IMG/VR virus record: IMGVR_UViG_3300037755_000517
Span: 1-42,831 of that record
DNA: 42,831 bases
Source: a virus
Lineage: Duplodnaviria; Caudoviricetes
Reading direction: 5' to 3' (one strand)
The notes under the pieces were generated by a model that made no database searches, was not told where the DNA came from, and worked only from the letters and a program-made list of their open reading frames with translations. The position numbers and the translations under genes were made by a program. Positions 23,010-32,782 of this stretch are shown here, piece after piece (position 1 is the stretch's first letter; every line of letters starts with the position of its first letter).

Positions 23010-24373
23010 GCGAAAAAACCTACACACAACAAGAAGTTAGCGAATTGGTTGAATCGATGCGCGACATGATTACCGCCAACACGCAAGACGCCAGCATACG
23101 GCAGCGGATGGCGTCGGTACTTTCGGGCGGGTACGACTGGGCCGACACGTTGCACAATATCTATCTGGATTTCGGCTATCCGGCGACGCTCAGTTTCTTT
23201 AATTTCTGGAACATGTACCGGCGCTTCGGCATAGCGACACGCGTCGTGGAGCTCTACCCGGACCAAACGTGGCTCGACGAACCGATTGTCGAAGGTTCCG
23301 AGAAATTCAACGGCGAACTGGAACGGCTGGTCGAAAAGCTGGGCCTGTGGCGCCGGCTGAAAGGGCTGGACACCCGGCAACGCGTCGGCCGGTACGGCGG
23401 TTTGTTTATGCGCGTGCGCGACAACAAAAATCCGAAAGAGCCGATCGCCGGTAAGCTGGGGGGCTTGGCCGCGCTGGTCGATATGATTCCGCTGTACGAG
23501 GGGCAGCTTAAAGTTTCCACCACTCAGGACGATGTTAAGGCGGACGATTATGGCATGCCGACTATGTACGAATTTAACAGCGGGTCGGCGGGCAATCGTA
23601 ACGAACGGGCGAACAGCTCGTTCAACATTCACCCGAGCCGCGTTGTTATTGCGTCTGAGGATTCGGACAATTCCAATATTTACGGCGTTTCGTGTTTGGA
23701 GCCCGTGTATAACTCCCTGATGGACTTGCGCAAAATCATCGGCGGCGGCGGGGAAGGGTTTTATAAAAACGCCGCGCAGTCTATCGTGTTTGATCTTAAG
23801 GACGCCGCGAGCGCCAAAGCCAACAAGGCGCTGCTTGACAAATTTAACGAGCAATACGACGAGTTCGCGCAGAATCGTTCACGCCGGGCGATGTGGACGC
23901 CAGGAATGGAAGCGAAAACCCTCGACTCACGGCTGACCAATCCGAAAGAATTTTTTATGAACGCGCTGTATGATGTTTCCGCCGGCGCCAATGTCCCGGC
24001 GTCAGTATTGATCGGCAACCAGACGGGCCGGCTGGCCGGCGACCAGGACACGCGCGGGTTTTTGAGCCAGGTCCAGGCGCGGCGGTTGGATTTCGGCACC
24101 GACATAGTTCGGGCGGCGGTTGATTGGCTGATACGTTTCGGCATATTGCCGGCCAGCGAGTATTCGGTGGAGTGGCCCGACGCCCTGGCGCCGTCCAGCG
24201 ACGAGAAGCTGGCCAACGCCGATAAAATGGCCGACATTAACCAGAAGGTGTTTCTGTCCGGCGGGACCGTGCCGTTTACTGGCGAAGAGATACGCGAGGA
24301 GGCGGGATTCGAGCTGGAAGAAGGCGAAGAGTTGCCCCCCGACGAAAACGACATTGGCCCAGACGCCGAGTAA
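23006..24373 (+). CDS. Portal protein (DUF1073 / anti-CBASS Acb1-like family)
   Basis: DFGYP, MYRRFGIA.RVV, VGRYGGL, YGMPTMY, IHPSRV, GGGGEGFYKNA, LIGNQTG; follows TerL. Confidence 0.88.
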   Translation: MSEKTYTQQEVSELVESMRDMITANTQDASIRQRMASVLSGGYDWADTLHNIYLDFGYPATLSFFNFWNMYRRFGIATRVVELYPDQTWLDEPIVEGSEKFNGELERLVEKLGLWRRLKGLDTRQRVGRYGGLFMRVRDNKNPKEPIAGKLGGLAALVDMIPLYEGQLKVSTTQDDVKADDYGMPTMYEFNSGSAGNRNERANSSFNIHPSRVVIASEDSDNSNIYGVSCLEPVYNSLMDLRKIIGGGGEGFYKNAAQSIVFDLKDAASAKANKALLDKFNEQYDEFAQNRSRRAMWTPGMEAKTLDSRLTNPKEFFMNALYDVSAGANVPASVLIGNQTGRLAGDQDTRGFLSQVQARRLDFGTDIVRAAVDWLIRFGILPASEYSVEWPDALAPSSDEKLANADKMADINQKVFLSGGTVPFTGEEIREEAGFELEEGEELPPDENDIGPDAE

Positions 24374-24376
24374 CGC

Positions 24377-25309
24377 ATGGCCAGCGATCCGACCGGCCAG
24401 GGTAATAACCGCCGTCGCGCTACCCGGCTGTTACGTGACCGCTTGACGGTTGCGCAACGCGCCGTCCGGCGGCTTTTTCGTGACATTCCACGGACGCGCC
24501 GGCAGGAAGCGGTTATTTCGAATGCCCGGGTTGTTCCGGTGTATGACTATCGGATTACGTCCGACGAGCTGGAACAATTGGAACGGCAAATCCGGGGCAC
24601 GATCGGCGACGAGCTACTGGAGACACAATTTAATCGCATGCCGCCGAATTGGTGGTGGCAGGGCGTCGTCGAACCGGCGTACCGGCAAGGCACCGCCGAA
24701 GAAATCGTAGAATTTAACCAGCTCGTAACGGCGGAGCTCATACGCACCCGGACGGTTCGCGGCGTTATGACTCAACGGCTGGAAGTCGGCGCCGTGTTGC
24801 AATCTCAGGAATATTTGGAATCACTGAACAAGGTATACGTGCGGAATTTTGCCGGCATCAAGTCGCTGAGCGATCGAACTTCCGACCAGGTCGTGCAAGT
24901 TATCAATGCCGGGATCGCCGCGGGCCAAACGCCCACGGACATATCGAAAGCGATAAACGAGCGCTTCGACGTGTCCCGCACCAGCGCCGCGCGGACGGCC
25001 AACACCGAAGTAAACAAGGCGTACAACGATGCGCGTCTTGACTCGACGACAATAGCGGCTAAGGTTACAGGCATGCGGGCCGGGGTCTTGCACTTGTCGG
25101 CGCTGATACCCACCAGCCGGCACAATCATGTAGCGCGCCATGGGAACGCCTACACCGTGGCGCAGCAGCGGCAGTGGTGGGACAGCGGCACGAACCGGAT
25201 TAACTGCCACTGCAGCACGCGCTCGGTGCTTATTGACAACAAAGGCAACGTAATTGATGTAGAATTGCACGAAGAAATCCGCGTCGAGCGCGAAAAATTT
25301 GATTTATAA
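24377..25309 (+). CDS. Head morphogenesis protein (SPP1 gp7 / Mu gpF family)
   Basis: DPTG N-terminus, ARTANTEV, SAL..TSR..H..RHG, INCHCS. Confidence 0.88.
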   Translation: MASDPTGQGNNRRRATRLLRDRLTVAQRAVRRLFRDIPRTRRQEAVISNARVVPVYDYRITSDELEQLERQIRGTIGDELLETQFNRMPPNWWWQGVVEPAYRQGTAEEIVEFNQLVTAELIRTRTVRGVMTQRLEVGAVLQSQEYLESLNKVYVRNFAGIKSLSDRTSDQVVQVINAGIAAGQTPTDISKAINERFDVSRTSAARTANTEVNKAYNDARLDSTTIAAKVTGMRAGVLHLSALIPTSRHNHVARHGNAYTVAQQRQWWDSGTNRINCHCSTRSVLIDNKGNVIDVELHEEIRVEREKFDL

Positions 25310-25352
25310 GCCAAAATGGCTAAAGATAGGCCCAAATTGAGGACGATAAACT

Positions 25353-26678
25353 ATGTCGAAGCGTAAACGTATACTCGCCCATTGCTCTACCCGGGTAAAT
25401 CGTAACGCCGTGCGCCGCGTGGCTATAGACGGCGTCGAGCATATAGTTATCAGTTCCCGCACCCTGCCGGATGACATCGTCATGAACGGCGGCCTGTATC
25501 CGGCCGAAGAAATCGACAAGAGTTTTAAGACTTTGGAACGCACGTTGGCGCCGGTCGAGCACCCGCAAGATTCCGACGGTAACTTTATCCCTGCTGCCGA
25601 TCCTACCGCCCTGCATAACTATTATGCCGGCGCGTTCAATCAGAATGTGAAGCGCGAGAACGGCCGCGTTAATCTGGACAAGGTTATCAACGTTCAGGAA
25701 GCCCGGAAAACAGACCGCGGCCGGCGATTGCTGGACCGGGTCAGCGAGTTGGAAACGAATTCAGACCCCCGGCCGATTCATACATCTACGGGGGTTTTTG
25801 TCTCTGTTGAAGTGCTGGACGCCCCGAAAGTCAACGCCGTCGGCCAGGAATACACATGGATCGCGCGCGAAATGGTATTCGACCACGACGCCATTTTGCT
25901 TGATTCCGTAGGGGCCGCGCAGCCGTCGCAGGGCGTCGGTATGGGCGTGAATTCCAAGGGCGACAAGTTCGATGTACATGAAAACGTCATCAATATAGAC
26001 TTTGGCGGGGCGGAACCCATGAGCCATAGCGAAATCCGCGACGCGCTACAGTCGGCTATTTCTAAGCCTCCGCTGAAAGGCGATTGGGTGTTGGATATAT
26101 TCGACAATACCGTGGTGTTTGAGTCGGACGAGCAATTATTCTCTGCTACGTATATACTTGACGGCAGAGTGGCAAAAATCGTTGGCGTTCCGGTTCCCGT
26201 GAGCCGTGACGTGACGTATGTTCCTATAACTAACCGAGCAGGTGACGCAATGAAAGAAGCGATCGTAAATGCGCTTAAAGCCGCCGGAATTAAGACCGAT
26301 GGTCTTAGCGACGACGAGCTGTTGGCGAAATACAACGCGCTTCAAACCCCCGCGGCTTCTGGCAACGGCACTGGCGCAGACGACGACAAGGCGGGCATCG
26401 CTGACGTTGTCGCTAATGCCATTAAGCCGCTGGTGGACAAAGTGGGCGGCTTGGAAGCAAAGATCAATCAACGGGACACCGAGGAACTGGACCGCCTGGC
26501 CGATATTGTCGGCAATAGCGAAAAGTACTCCGGCATTAACGTAGAGGCCGCCAAGAAATTGGGCGTGGAAACGCTCAAAGAATTGGCCGCGAACTGTGCG
26601 CCTGCGTACGGTATCCCTGCGTTGTCCGTCGTCAACGGTGGCAAATCCAGCTTTGAACCGCTGGAAATGCCTAAATAA
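25353..26678 (+). CDS. Prohead protease/scaffold (DUF2213-like)
   Basis: DDIVMNGGLYP, APVEHP, IHTSTG, FDHDAILLD..GAA; helical C-terminus with possible internal start at ATG 26250. Confidence 0.8.
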   Translation: MSKRKRILAHCSTRVNRNAVRRVAIDGVEHIVISSRTLPDDIVMNGGLYPAEEIDKSFKTLERTLAPVEHPQDSDGNFIPAADPTALHNYYAGAFNQNVKRENGRVNLDKVINVQEARKTDRGRRLLDRVSELETNSDPRPIHTSTGVFVSVEVLDAPKVNAVGQEYTWIAREMVFDHDAILLDSVGAAQPSQGVGMGVNSKGDKFDVHENVINIDFGGAEPMSHSEIRDALQSAISKPPLKGDWVLDIFDNTVVFESDEQLFSATYILDGRVAKIVGVPVPVSRDVTYVPITNRAGDAMKEAIVNALKAAGIKTDGLSDDELLAKYNALQTPAASGNGTGADDDKAGIADVVANAIKPLVDKVGGLEAKINQRDTEELDRLADIVGNSEKYSGINVEAAKKLGVETLKELAANCAPAYGIPALSVVNGGKSSFEPLEMPK

Positions 26679-26693
26679 GAGGGGATCGCCAAA

Positions 26694-27152
26694 ATGCCTA
26701 TTGGAAAAAGAGTTATTTTTGTTGGTCCCGCCGATGACGCGAACCACAAGCCGTTGCACGAAGAGGGCGTATGTACGGAAGTAGCATCGCCCGGCGCCGT
26801 GTTGGACTATGCGGCCGCGTCGGCGGGATTCGAGTTGATGGACGACGCCGCGACCGTCTTTGGCAAACCGTTGCTGGTTGCCGATAAGGACGAAGCGCGC
26901 AGCAAGTCCGTCGACGACGCCTGGACACTCAACGAAAACATGGTGGCGATTCGCCCCCGTTCCGGTGAGTTCCTGAACGTTCTGGTCGTAACCGGCCAGG
27001 CGTTGGTTAAAGGCACGGCGCTTACTCGTTCGGCGGCAACGCCGGGCGCCTTGGTCATCGCTGCGACCGATGGCACAGTAGAAATCCTGTGCTATGCAGA
27101 CGAGATCGTAACCACCACGGCGACGCAGCTTGTCCGCGTTCGTGTAGTTTAA
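26694..27152 (+). CDS. Head decoration protein
   Basis: Lies between protease and capsid genes; PRSGEFLNVLV, ILCYADE, LVRVRV. Confidence 0.75.
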   Translation: MPIGKRVIFVGPADDANHKPLHEEGVCTEVASPGAVLDYAAASAGFELMDDAATVFGKPLLVADKDEARSKSVDDAWTLNENMVAIRPRSGEFLNVLVVTGQALVKGTALTRSAATPGALVIAATDGTVEILCYADEIVTTTATQLVRVRVV

Positions 27153-27166
27153 GGAGGAAAGCAGCT

Positions 27167-28237
27167 ATGCTTTTACAGCAAGAGATTATCGGTAATAGCC
27201 GCGCCGGTCGTGAACAGTGGGACGAGGTTAACCGTACCCGAATTCTGACCAACGCGCACGAGCAGAGCTTAGCCGCTCAAGTACGGGCCGCACTCGGTTC
27301 GGATTTGGCTGTTAACGCTGGGCTGATTCCGCGCGACGTGTACCAGGAATTCGATAACGTGACCGTCGAGCGTTTTCGCTCGGACGACGGCGACACGTTT
27401 TTGAATGATCTGCTGCCCCTGTCGCGTTCCGTTAGCATCGGCAAGCTGGTGCATAAGTTCCGGCAGGCGTCCGACGCGGGTCATGCGCAATCGTCTATGA
27501 CGGGCCAAATCGGCGTGAAGATGGACCAGGTCGAGTTCGCCTATGACGGCTCTATTGTCCCTGTCCACGATACGGGCTTTTTCCGTAACTGGCGGGAATG
27601 GAACGCACAGACCTCCGAAGGGTTCGACGCTCTGATTGACGACCAACGTGAGTCGGTCGCAACGTTGCGCCGGCATTTGGCGGATAGCTTTCTGGATGGT
27701 CATCTTGACACCCAGGGCAACGCTATCGTGGTTGACGGCCTGAGCTGGGCTGGTATGCGCAACGATTCACGCGTCGAGCAGGTCGATTTGGGCGCCGGCG
27801 GTTTGAACTTTGATTTTACGGACACGGCGCAAACCGGCGAAGCGATCAAAGCGGCGTTTATCTTGGTGCGCAACGCTCTCTGGATCACGAATAATTGTGA
27901 AAGAGACGCGACGTACTACGTCAGCCGGGAAATCGCGGCAAACTTCGAGCGTAAATTCTCTGCGCAGTATGATGCCAAAATCATCATGCAGGAATTGGCG
28001 GAATTGATGGGCGTTGCGGCCATCAAAACCAGCTCGAAGCTGTCGGGTAACGAGTTGATGGCGTTTCCGTTGAGCAGCAGCTCAGTTCGTCCGATTGTCG
28101 GCATGGGACTTAATACCGTAGCCATGCCCCGCCCCGTGTATAACTCAAACTATGAGTTTGTAGTGTGGGGCGCTATCGGCTGGGAGGTTCGGACAGATTT
28201 CGCAAGTAATACCTGCGCGCTGTTCGCTCAAGCTTAA
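27167..28237 (+). CDS. Major capsid protein
   Basis: Strong AAGGAGG RBS, 356 aa, LNDLLPLSRSVSIGK, DGSIVPVHDTGF..NWRE; followed by a terminator. Confidence 0.88.
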   Translation: MLLQQEIIGNSRAGREQWDEVNRTRILTNAHEQSLAAQVRAALGSDLAVNAGLIPRDVYQEFDNVTVERFRSDDGDTFLNDLLPLSRSVSIGKLVHKFRQASDAGHAQSSMTGQIGVKMDQVEFAYDGSIVPVHDTGFFRNWREWNAQTSEGFDALIDDQRESVATLRRHLADSFLDGHLDTQGNAIVVDGLSWAGMRNDSRVEQVDLGAGGLNFDFTDTAQTGEAIKAAFILVRNALWITNNCERDATYYVSREIAANFERKFSAQYDAKIIMQELAELMGVAAIKTSSKLSGNELMAFPLSSSSVRPIVGMGLNTVAMPRPVYNSNYEFVVWGAIGWEVRTDFASNTCALFAQA

Positions 28238-28250
28238 TAACTCCCCTTTG

Positions 28251-28280
28251 TGCCGCCTCTTAACCGGGGCGGCATATTTT
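28251..28280 (+). terminator. Rho-independent terminator after the capsid gene
   Basis: TGCCGCCTC-TTAACC-GGGGCGGCA then TATTTT. Confidence 0.6.
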
Positions 28281-28303
28281 CTAACATGTCGGAGGGCTTC
28301 AAA

Positions 28304-28645
28304 GTGGCGGATAAAAAAGTAGCACGAATCGTTGTACATCCTAAGTTAAACCTATCGGTTGGCGGCAAGCTCCAGCGCATGAAAGTGGGCGCTGAAATCA
28401 TGCTGACGCCGGAAGCGGCAAAACGCCTGGACGAACTGGGCCGCACCCGCGACCCGAAGAAAGTGCCGCCGGTCGAGGTCGGCGCGAAATCAGAGAAACG
28501 CCTTGCGGCCGAAGCCGCCCTTGATAAACGCCAAGCCGCCCTTGATAAGGCGCGGCAAACGCCGAACCTGTCGCCACAGCAAAACGTAGCGCTGGACGAC
28601 ACGCAAAAGGCTATTGACGCAGAACGGGCGGCGCTTGACGGTTAA
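28304..28645 (+). CDS. Hypothetical head-associated protein
   Basis: GTG after GGAGGG; typical small post-capsid gene with a coiled-coil tail. Confidence 0.7.
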   Translation: MADKKVARIVVHPKLNLSVGGKLQRMKVGAEIMLTPEAAKRLDELGRTRDPKKVPPVEVGAKSEKRLAAEAALDKRQAALDKARQTPNLSPQQNVALDDTQKAIDAERAALDG

Positions 28646-28650
28646 TCGTT

Positions 28651-28678
28651 AAAGAGCCGCCACTGTGGCGGCTCTTTG
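28651..28678. terminator. Rho-independent (possibly bidirectional) terminator
   Basis: AAAGAGCCGCCA-CTG-TGGCGGCTCTTT perfect stem. Confidence 0.8.
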
Positions 28679-28703
28679 TCCGTAGGTTTCAGGAGCCAAG
28701 GCA

Positions 28704-29093
28704 ATGCGAGTTACCGCTACAGAAGTCCGCGTTATTCTGCCGGCCAGTACGGCGCTTACCGATCCACAGATCGAGGCAGCTATTGCGGCCGCGACGACTA
28801 TTGTCGATCGCATTGAAACCGGCTGCGGCGACGAACTGACCGCCGCCGAGTTGAAACAGGTGGAGCTTTATTTGTCCGCACATTTCGCCGCCGTTACCGA
28901 GAACACGTTAACCCTATCGTCCGAAAAGTCGCCGTGCGGCGTCGGCTCAGTATCGTATGGTTTTACATTTGGCGAGGGCGTTATGGGTACGCCGTTCGGC
29001 CAAATGGCCAACACGCTCTCCGGCGGTTGCGTGGTGGAATTCGATAAGCGGCCCGCCGGTATCTTCTCGATCGGCTCCCACGGTGACGCATAG
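28704..29093 (+). CDS. Head-tail adaptor (DUF4054-like)
   Basis: ELYLSAHF, TPFGQMA...GC; position in the head-tail region. Confidence 0.75.
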   Translation: MRVTATEVRVILPASTALTDPQIEAAIAAATTIVDRIETGCGDELTAAELKQVELYLSAHFAAVTENTLTLSSEKSPCGVGSVSYGFTFGEGVMGTPFGQMANTLSGGCVVEFDKRPAGIFSIGSHGDA

Positions 29094-29461
29094 TGTCACT
29101 TTTGGCCCGAAATTTAATCAAATACGGCAAAAACGTCACGTTTGAATCGCGCGACATGCGCGTCATAAACGGCCAGGCGTCGGAAGTATTCGTGTCCATT
29201 GGCGCCGATCCTGACCGGGCTATTATTTGCACGGTTGATGGCGTCACGGTGTTTGACGGCACAAACGTCGAGCGAGTCGTAACGCACAAAGTAACCCTGG
29301 CGTATCGCGCCGACGTGACGGCCGAAGTGTGGGTGCGGCGCGCCGGCACAACAAAGCGGCTTAAAATTTTGACAGTCGAAAACTGCAACGAAAGCTACAC
29401 GACGTTGATACTCATGTGTACCGAACGCGGCGAGGATAGCAAAGTTGTCAATCAAGCTTGA
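29093..29461 (+). CDS. Head closure/stopper protein (SPP1 gp16-like)
   Basis: THKVTLAYRADV, LKILTVEN, LILMCTERG. Confidence 0.7.
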   Translation: MSLLARNLIKYGKNVTFESRDMRVINGQASEVFVSIGADPDRAIICTVDGVTVFDGTNVERVVTHKVTLAYRADVTAEVWVRRAGTTKRLKILTVENCNESYTTLILMCTERGEDSKVVNQA

Positions 29462-29894
29462 TATTCGCCAGGTACGCGGGCAGCCGGCGTTCGAGTCGAT
29501 GGAAAATCTCGCCGCGCGTACGCGGTTTGGCGTTGAAAAAGGACTGTGGCTGTCTGGTAAAGATATTAAGGCAGAATTCAGCCGGCAAGTGTTGGCAAAA
29601 GATAAAGTCGGTCGCCTGTACATTCGGCGGGACCGCGCAGGTAGAGGGCGCCGTCATCGCGCATCCGCCCCCGGTCAAACCCCCGCGAACCGCACAGGCG
29701 CGTATCGCAAAGGGTTTGACTTTAGTGTTGACGGCGCCCACCAATTGACCGTTGGGGATACTGTAGCTTATGCCGTCTTTTTGGAGCTCGGCACCAGTCG
29801 CATGAAGCCGCGCCCCGGCCTTGGTAATGCGGTGGGCGCCAGCGAGCGGAACATTATCCGGAATCTGACAACCAGCATCGAGGACCGGCTATGA
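29445..29894 (+). CDS. HK97 gp10-family neck protein
   Basis: HRASAPGQTPANRTG, YAVFLELGTSRMKPRP. Confidence 0.85.
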   Translation: MSIKLDIRQVRGQPAFESMENLAARTRFGVEKGLWLSGKDIKAEFSRQVLAKDKVGRLYIRRDRAGRGRRHRASAPGQTPANRTGAYRKGFDFSVDGAHQLTVGDTVAYAVFLELGTSRMKPRPGLGNAVGASERNIIRNLTTSIEDRL

Positions 29895-31018
29895 GGGCGC
29901 AGGATATTGTCGATAAACTGGCCGCAGTAATTCCGCTGTATACGTCGGGATTCAGTAATTCGGTCGGCGTGTCGAGTATAACGGTTGTGGGAACGACTGC
30001 GACCGTAACAACGGCGACGCCCCACGGCCTTGTCGCCGGGCAAAACGTGTCGATCAACGGCGTAGACGCGCCGGTTGCCATCGACACGGCGTCTTTTTTG
30101 CGAACCGGAAGCCAGGCGGTATTTGAAACCTTACAAGATCATGACTTGACTTTATCGGCCCGGGACATCGCCGCTGGCGGGAAAACAATAACCCTATCAG
30201 GGGCGAACGAGGCGGGATTTAACGGCGCGTTTCAGTTGTTACAAGTTACGAACCGTCGCGCCCTGATTATCGCCGTGACAGATAGCGGCCCCACGACAAT
30301 AAGCGGCACGCCTATCGTCGAGAACGCAAACGGTGGCCTTTTTAACGGACTATTTCCTGCCACGAATCTCGGCGCGGATACGTTCGACTACGTCTTGCCG
30401 GTTGCTTACCCACTCGACCCGGTGGTTACGAGCGCCAGCGTACAAATCAGCATCCGGATTCTATCCGTGTTGGACATAGAGCAGTATTTGCGGGACGTTT
30501 ACACGAAACAGGCCATCAACGACGACCAGCTTGTCGTTCAGCTCGGCGACGTGACGCAAAGCAAGAAGCGTAACGAAGAAACGGACGCGGCCAGCTCAAC
30601 GGTGGGGGAGTATTCCTACACGCCTATTTTGATACAGCCGTTTGCCGTTTATATTATCCAGAACGTAACCGACGATTTGACCGGCTCAGCGGCGCGGGAC
30701 CGGGTCGAGGCGGAGTTTATGCCTGCCATTTTTAAGGCCGTTTTGCGCGCCAAATTCGACACAGGATTCACTTATAGCCAATACCGTGCTACTTTTACAG
30801 GACACGGCGTTTTTGCTTATTCGGATGGCCTCGGTAAAAACAAAGCAATATACGCCCACGAGGTAACATTCGAGCAGTTGAGCCAGCTCTGCCGCGAGGA
30901 CATGGTGGGCGCAGATGTTAATGTGGCAATGCGCGATGTGGAGTATACTTTACCCATTGATACCGGAACCGGCGAATTGCTCGCCGACGTTGATTTAGAC
31001 CAGGAGCCGATACCATGA
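29891..31018 (+). CDS. Tail terminator/completion protein with inserted beta-rich (E1-FCCH-like) domains
   Basis: Position before the sheath; SITVVGTTATVTTATPHGL..GQNVSING-type domains in the N-terminal half. Confidence 0.65.
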   Translation: MRAQDIVDKLAAVIPLYTSGFSNSVGVSSITVVGTTATVTTATPHGLVAGQNVSINGVDAPVAIDTASFLRTGSQAVFETLQDHDLTLSARDIAAGGKTITLSGANEAGFNGAFQLLQVTNRRALIIAVTDSGPTTISGTPIVENANGGLFNGLFPATNLGADTFDYVLPVAYPLDPVVTSASVQISIRILSVLDIEQYLRDVYTKQAINDDQLVVQLGDVTQSKKRNEETDAASSTVGEYSYTPILIQPFAVYIIQNVTDDLTGSAARDRVEAEFMPAIFKAVLRAKFDTGFTYSQYRATFTGHGVFAYSDGLGKNKAIYAHEVTFEQLSQLCREDMVGADVNVAMRDVEYTLPIDTGTGELLADVDLDQEPIP

Positions 31019-31236
31019 ACACGATGAATATTACTGTTAAAAACGCCGCACTGGCGGAAAGCTTAGGCATGGCTCCCGGTGGAACAGTTGCCGTAGCCTG
31101 CAAAAAAGGCGTGCCGGTTAACCGAGAGTGGCGGAACCGTCTGAAAGATTCTAAACTTGACGGGTGCGTGGAGATTAAGCCGGAAAAAGCCGCCCCTCCG
31201 TTGCCCGATAAATCGTCTAAAAAAGAGGACAAATAA
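31015..31236 (+). CDS. Small Mu gp38/DUF2635-like protein
   Basis: GVPVNREWRNRLKD..DGCV; immediately before the sheath. Confidence 0.6.
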   Translation: MNTMNITVKNAALAESLGMAPGGTVAVACKKGVPVNREWRNRLKDSKLDGCVEIKPEKAAPPLPDKSSKKEDK

Positions 31237-32775
31237 ATGCCTATAGCACAGCCAGAAGTAACGGCCTCTTTACGGGCCGCCGGTGTTACGGCCGGTCTAA
31301 CGCCTGAGCGACTTTTGTTTGTCGGGCAGCAAAATGGCGTTCTTGGTACCGCTGTGAGCGGAGCCTTAACTTCAAACATTGGTAACGATGGGGCCGAGGA
31401 TACGCTTTATGGAGCCGATTCGCCTTTAGCGGCGGCTATTCGTCGTGCGCGCCGCCGTAACCCTGCGACTCAAATCGACGCGATTGGTTTAGATGATGAT
31501 GGCGCCGGCGTGGCCGCAACCGGTGCGATAACTTTCCTTACTGCGCCCCCCAATACTACAATTTCCATTGGATCTAAAAAGTTTAATACTTATTCGGCCG
31601 GCATGGGACAGGGTGTGGCCAACCGCGCGACCGTTTTAGCGGCGCTTATTAACGCAGACCTTACTAGTCTTGTGACGGCGGTTGCGAATGTTGGCGTGGT
31701 AGAATTAACTGCAAAAAACGCAGGCACGTTTGGCAATACTATAGGAATTAAAGTCGAGGGCACTCTTTCGGCTATTACAATAACGCCGATGGCTGGCGGC
31801 GCGACCGACCCGACGTTAGCGGGTGTGCTTGATGTCATCGGCAGCAACCGATACCAGGGTATCGTCTGGCAGTTTGACCAAGACACCGCCGAGGTTTCCG
31901 ATTTTCTCGACGCTCGGTTTAACGTGACGAACAATGTACTGGACGGACGGGCGTTTGTTGGCATGACCAACACATACGCCAATCATTTGAGCGCGCTGGG
32001 GGGGTTAAACAGCAACAGTCTGTGCGTTATGGTTGATAAGCTTATCGCAGAAGACAGCCACCAAGGGCCGGGCGTGCTGGAAGTGCCGTTCGTTAAAGCG
32101 GCAGAATTTGCCGCGATTCGGGCGCTGCGGCGCACCGACGAGGCGGTGCTTGGCGGTTTGGTTATTTCGCGTTCCGCGCAGGATTCATTCGGTGGCCCGT
32201 GGCAGAATTCAAAGCCGTATTTTAATACCCCGTTTCCGGATTGTTTGGTGCCGGACAGCGGCGACACGTTCACCGATGTTGAAGTCGAGGCGCTGCTTGC
32301 CGCCGGTGGTTGGGTGATTGACGCCAACCGGGCGAACACCGCGGTAATCGCCGGCGAAGTGGTAACGACGTATAAAACCGACTCGGCCGGTAACCCCGAC
32401 CCGACGTTTGGTTTCTTGAATTACGTCGATACGTCAACCGCGGCGCGGGAATACATCGTAAACAATACTCGGTCACAATACCCACAATACCGGGCGACTT
32501 CAGGGGCGCTGATTAGTGGCGTGGATTCTGCGAACGAGGCGTCTATTGCGAGTTTTGTCGCGGGACTTAATTCCGACCTGGGCGACCTGGGCCTGGTTAA
32601 TACCGGCGTGGGATCGATCGAGGGTGCGACCGTCGATTTTGACAAACTTTTCCGCGAAAACTTAGTGGTTTCGCTCAATCCAGTGACCGGGAAGTTCTTA
32701 GTGTCGGCCAAGCTGTACATCGTCGTACAGTTGCGCGGCATTACGTACGACCTGGCCGTAGCTTTCGAGGTATAA
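31237..32775 (+). CDS. Tail sheath protein (Mu-like)
   Basis: LLFVGQ, LYGADS.LA, LTAKNAG.FGN.I, MAGGATDP, VTTYKTDSAGNPD.TF..LNYVDT. Confidence 0.9.
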   Translation: MPIAQPEVTASLRAAGVTAGLTPERLLFVGQQNGVLGTAVSGALTSNIGNDGAEDTLYGADSPLAAAIRRARRRNPATQIDAIGLDDDGAGVAATGAITFLTAPPNTTISIGSKKFNTYSAGMGQGVANRATVLAALINADLTSLVTAVANVGVVELTAKNAGTFGNTIGIKVEGTLSAITITPMAGGATDPTLAGVLDVIGSNRYQGIVWQFDQDTAEVSDFLDARFNVTNNVLDGRAFVGMTNTYANHLSALGGLNSNSLCVMVDKLIAEDSHQGPGVLEVPFVKAAEFAAIRALRRTDEAVLGGLVISRSAQDSFGGPWQNSKPYFNTPFPDCLVPDSGDTFTDVEVEALLAAGGWVIDANRANTAVIAGEVVTTYKTDSAGNPDPTFGFLNYVDTSTAAREYIVNNTRSQYPQYRATSGALISGVDSANEASIASFVAGLNSDLGDLGLVNTGVGSIEGATVDFDKLFRENLVVSLNPVTGKFLVSAKLYIVVQLRGITYDLAVAFEV

Positions 32776-32782
32776 TAACATC

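Noticed and set aside
23006-24373. Portal as an anti-CBASS protein
   Set aside because: The DUF1073 family label mentions Acb1, but no extra phosphodiesterase domain is evident; size and position fit a plain portal.
22931-24486. Long antisense ORFs over the portal gene (and similar ones over polA, terL and the fibre gene)
   Set aside because: Shadow frames expected from GC-rich codon usage, with no motifs or RBS, unlike the MTase beta frame.
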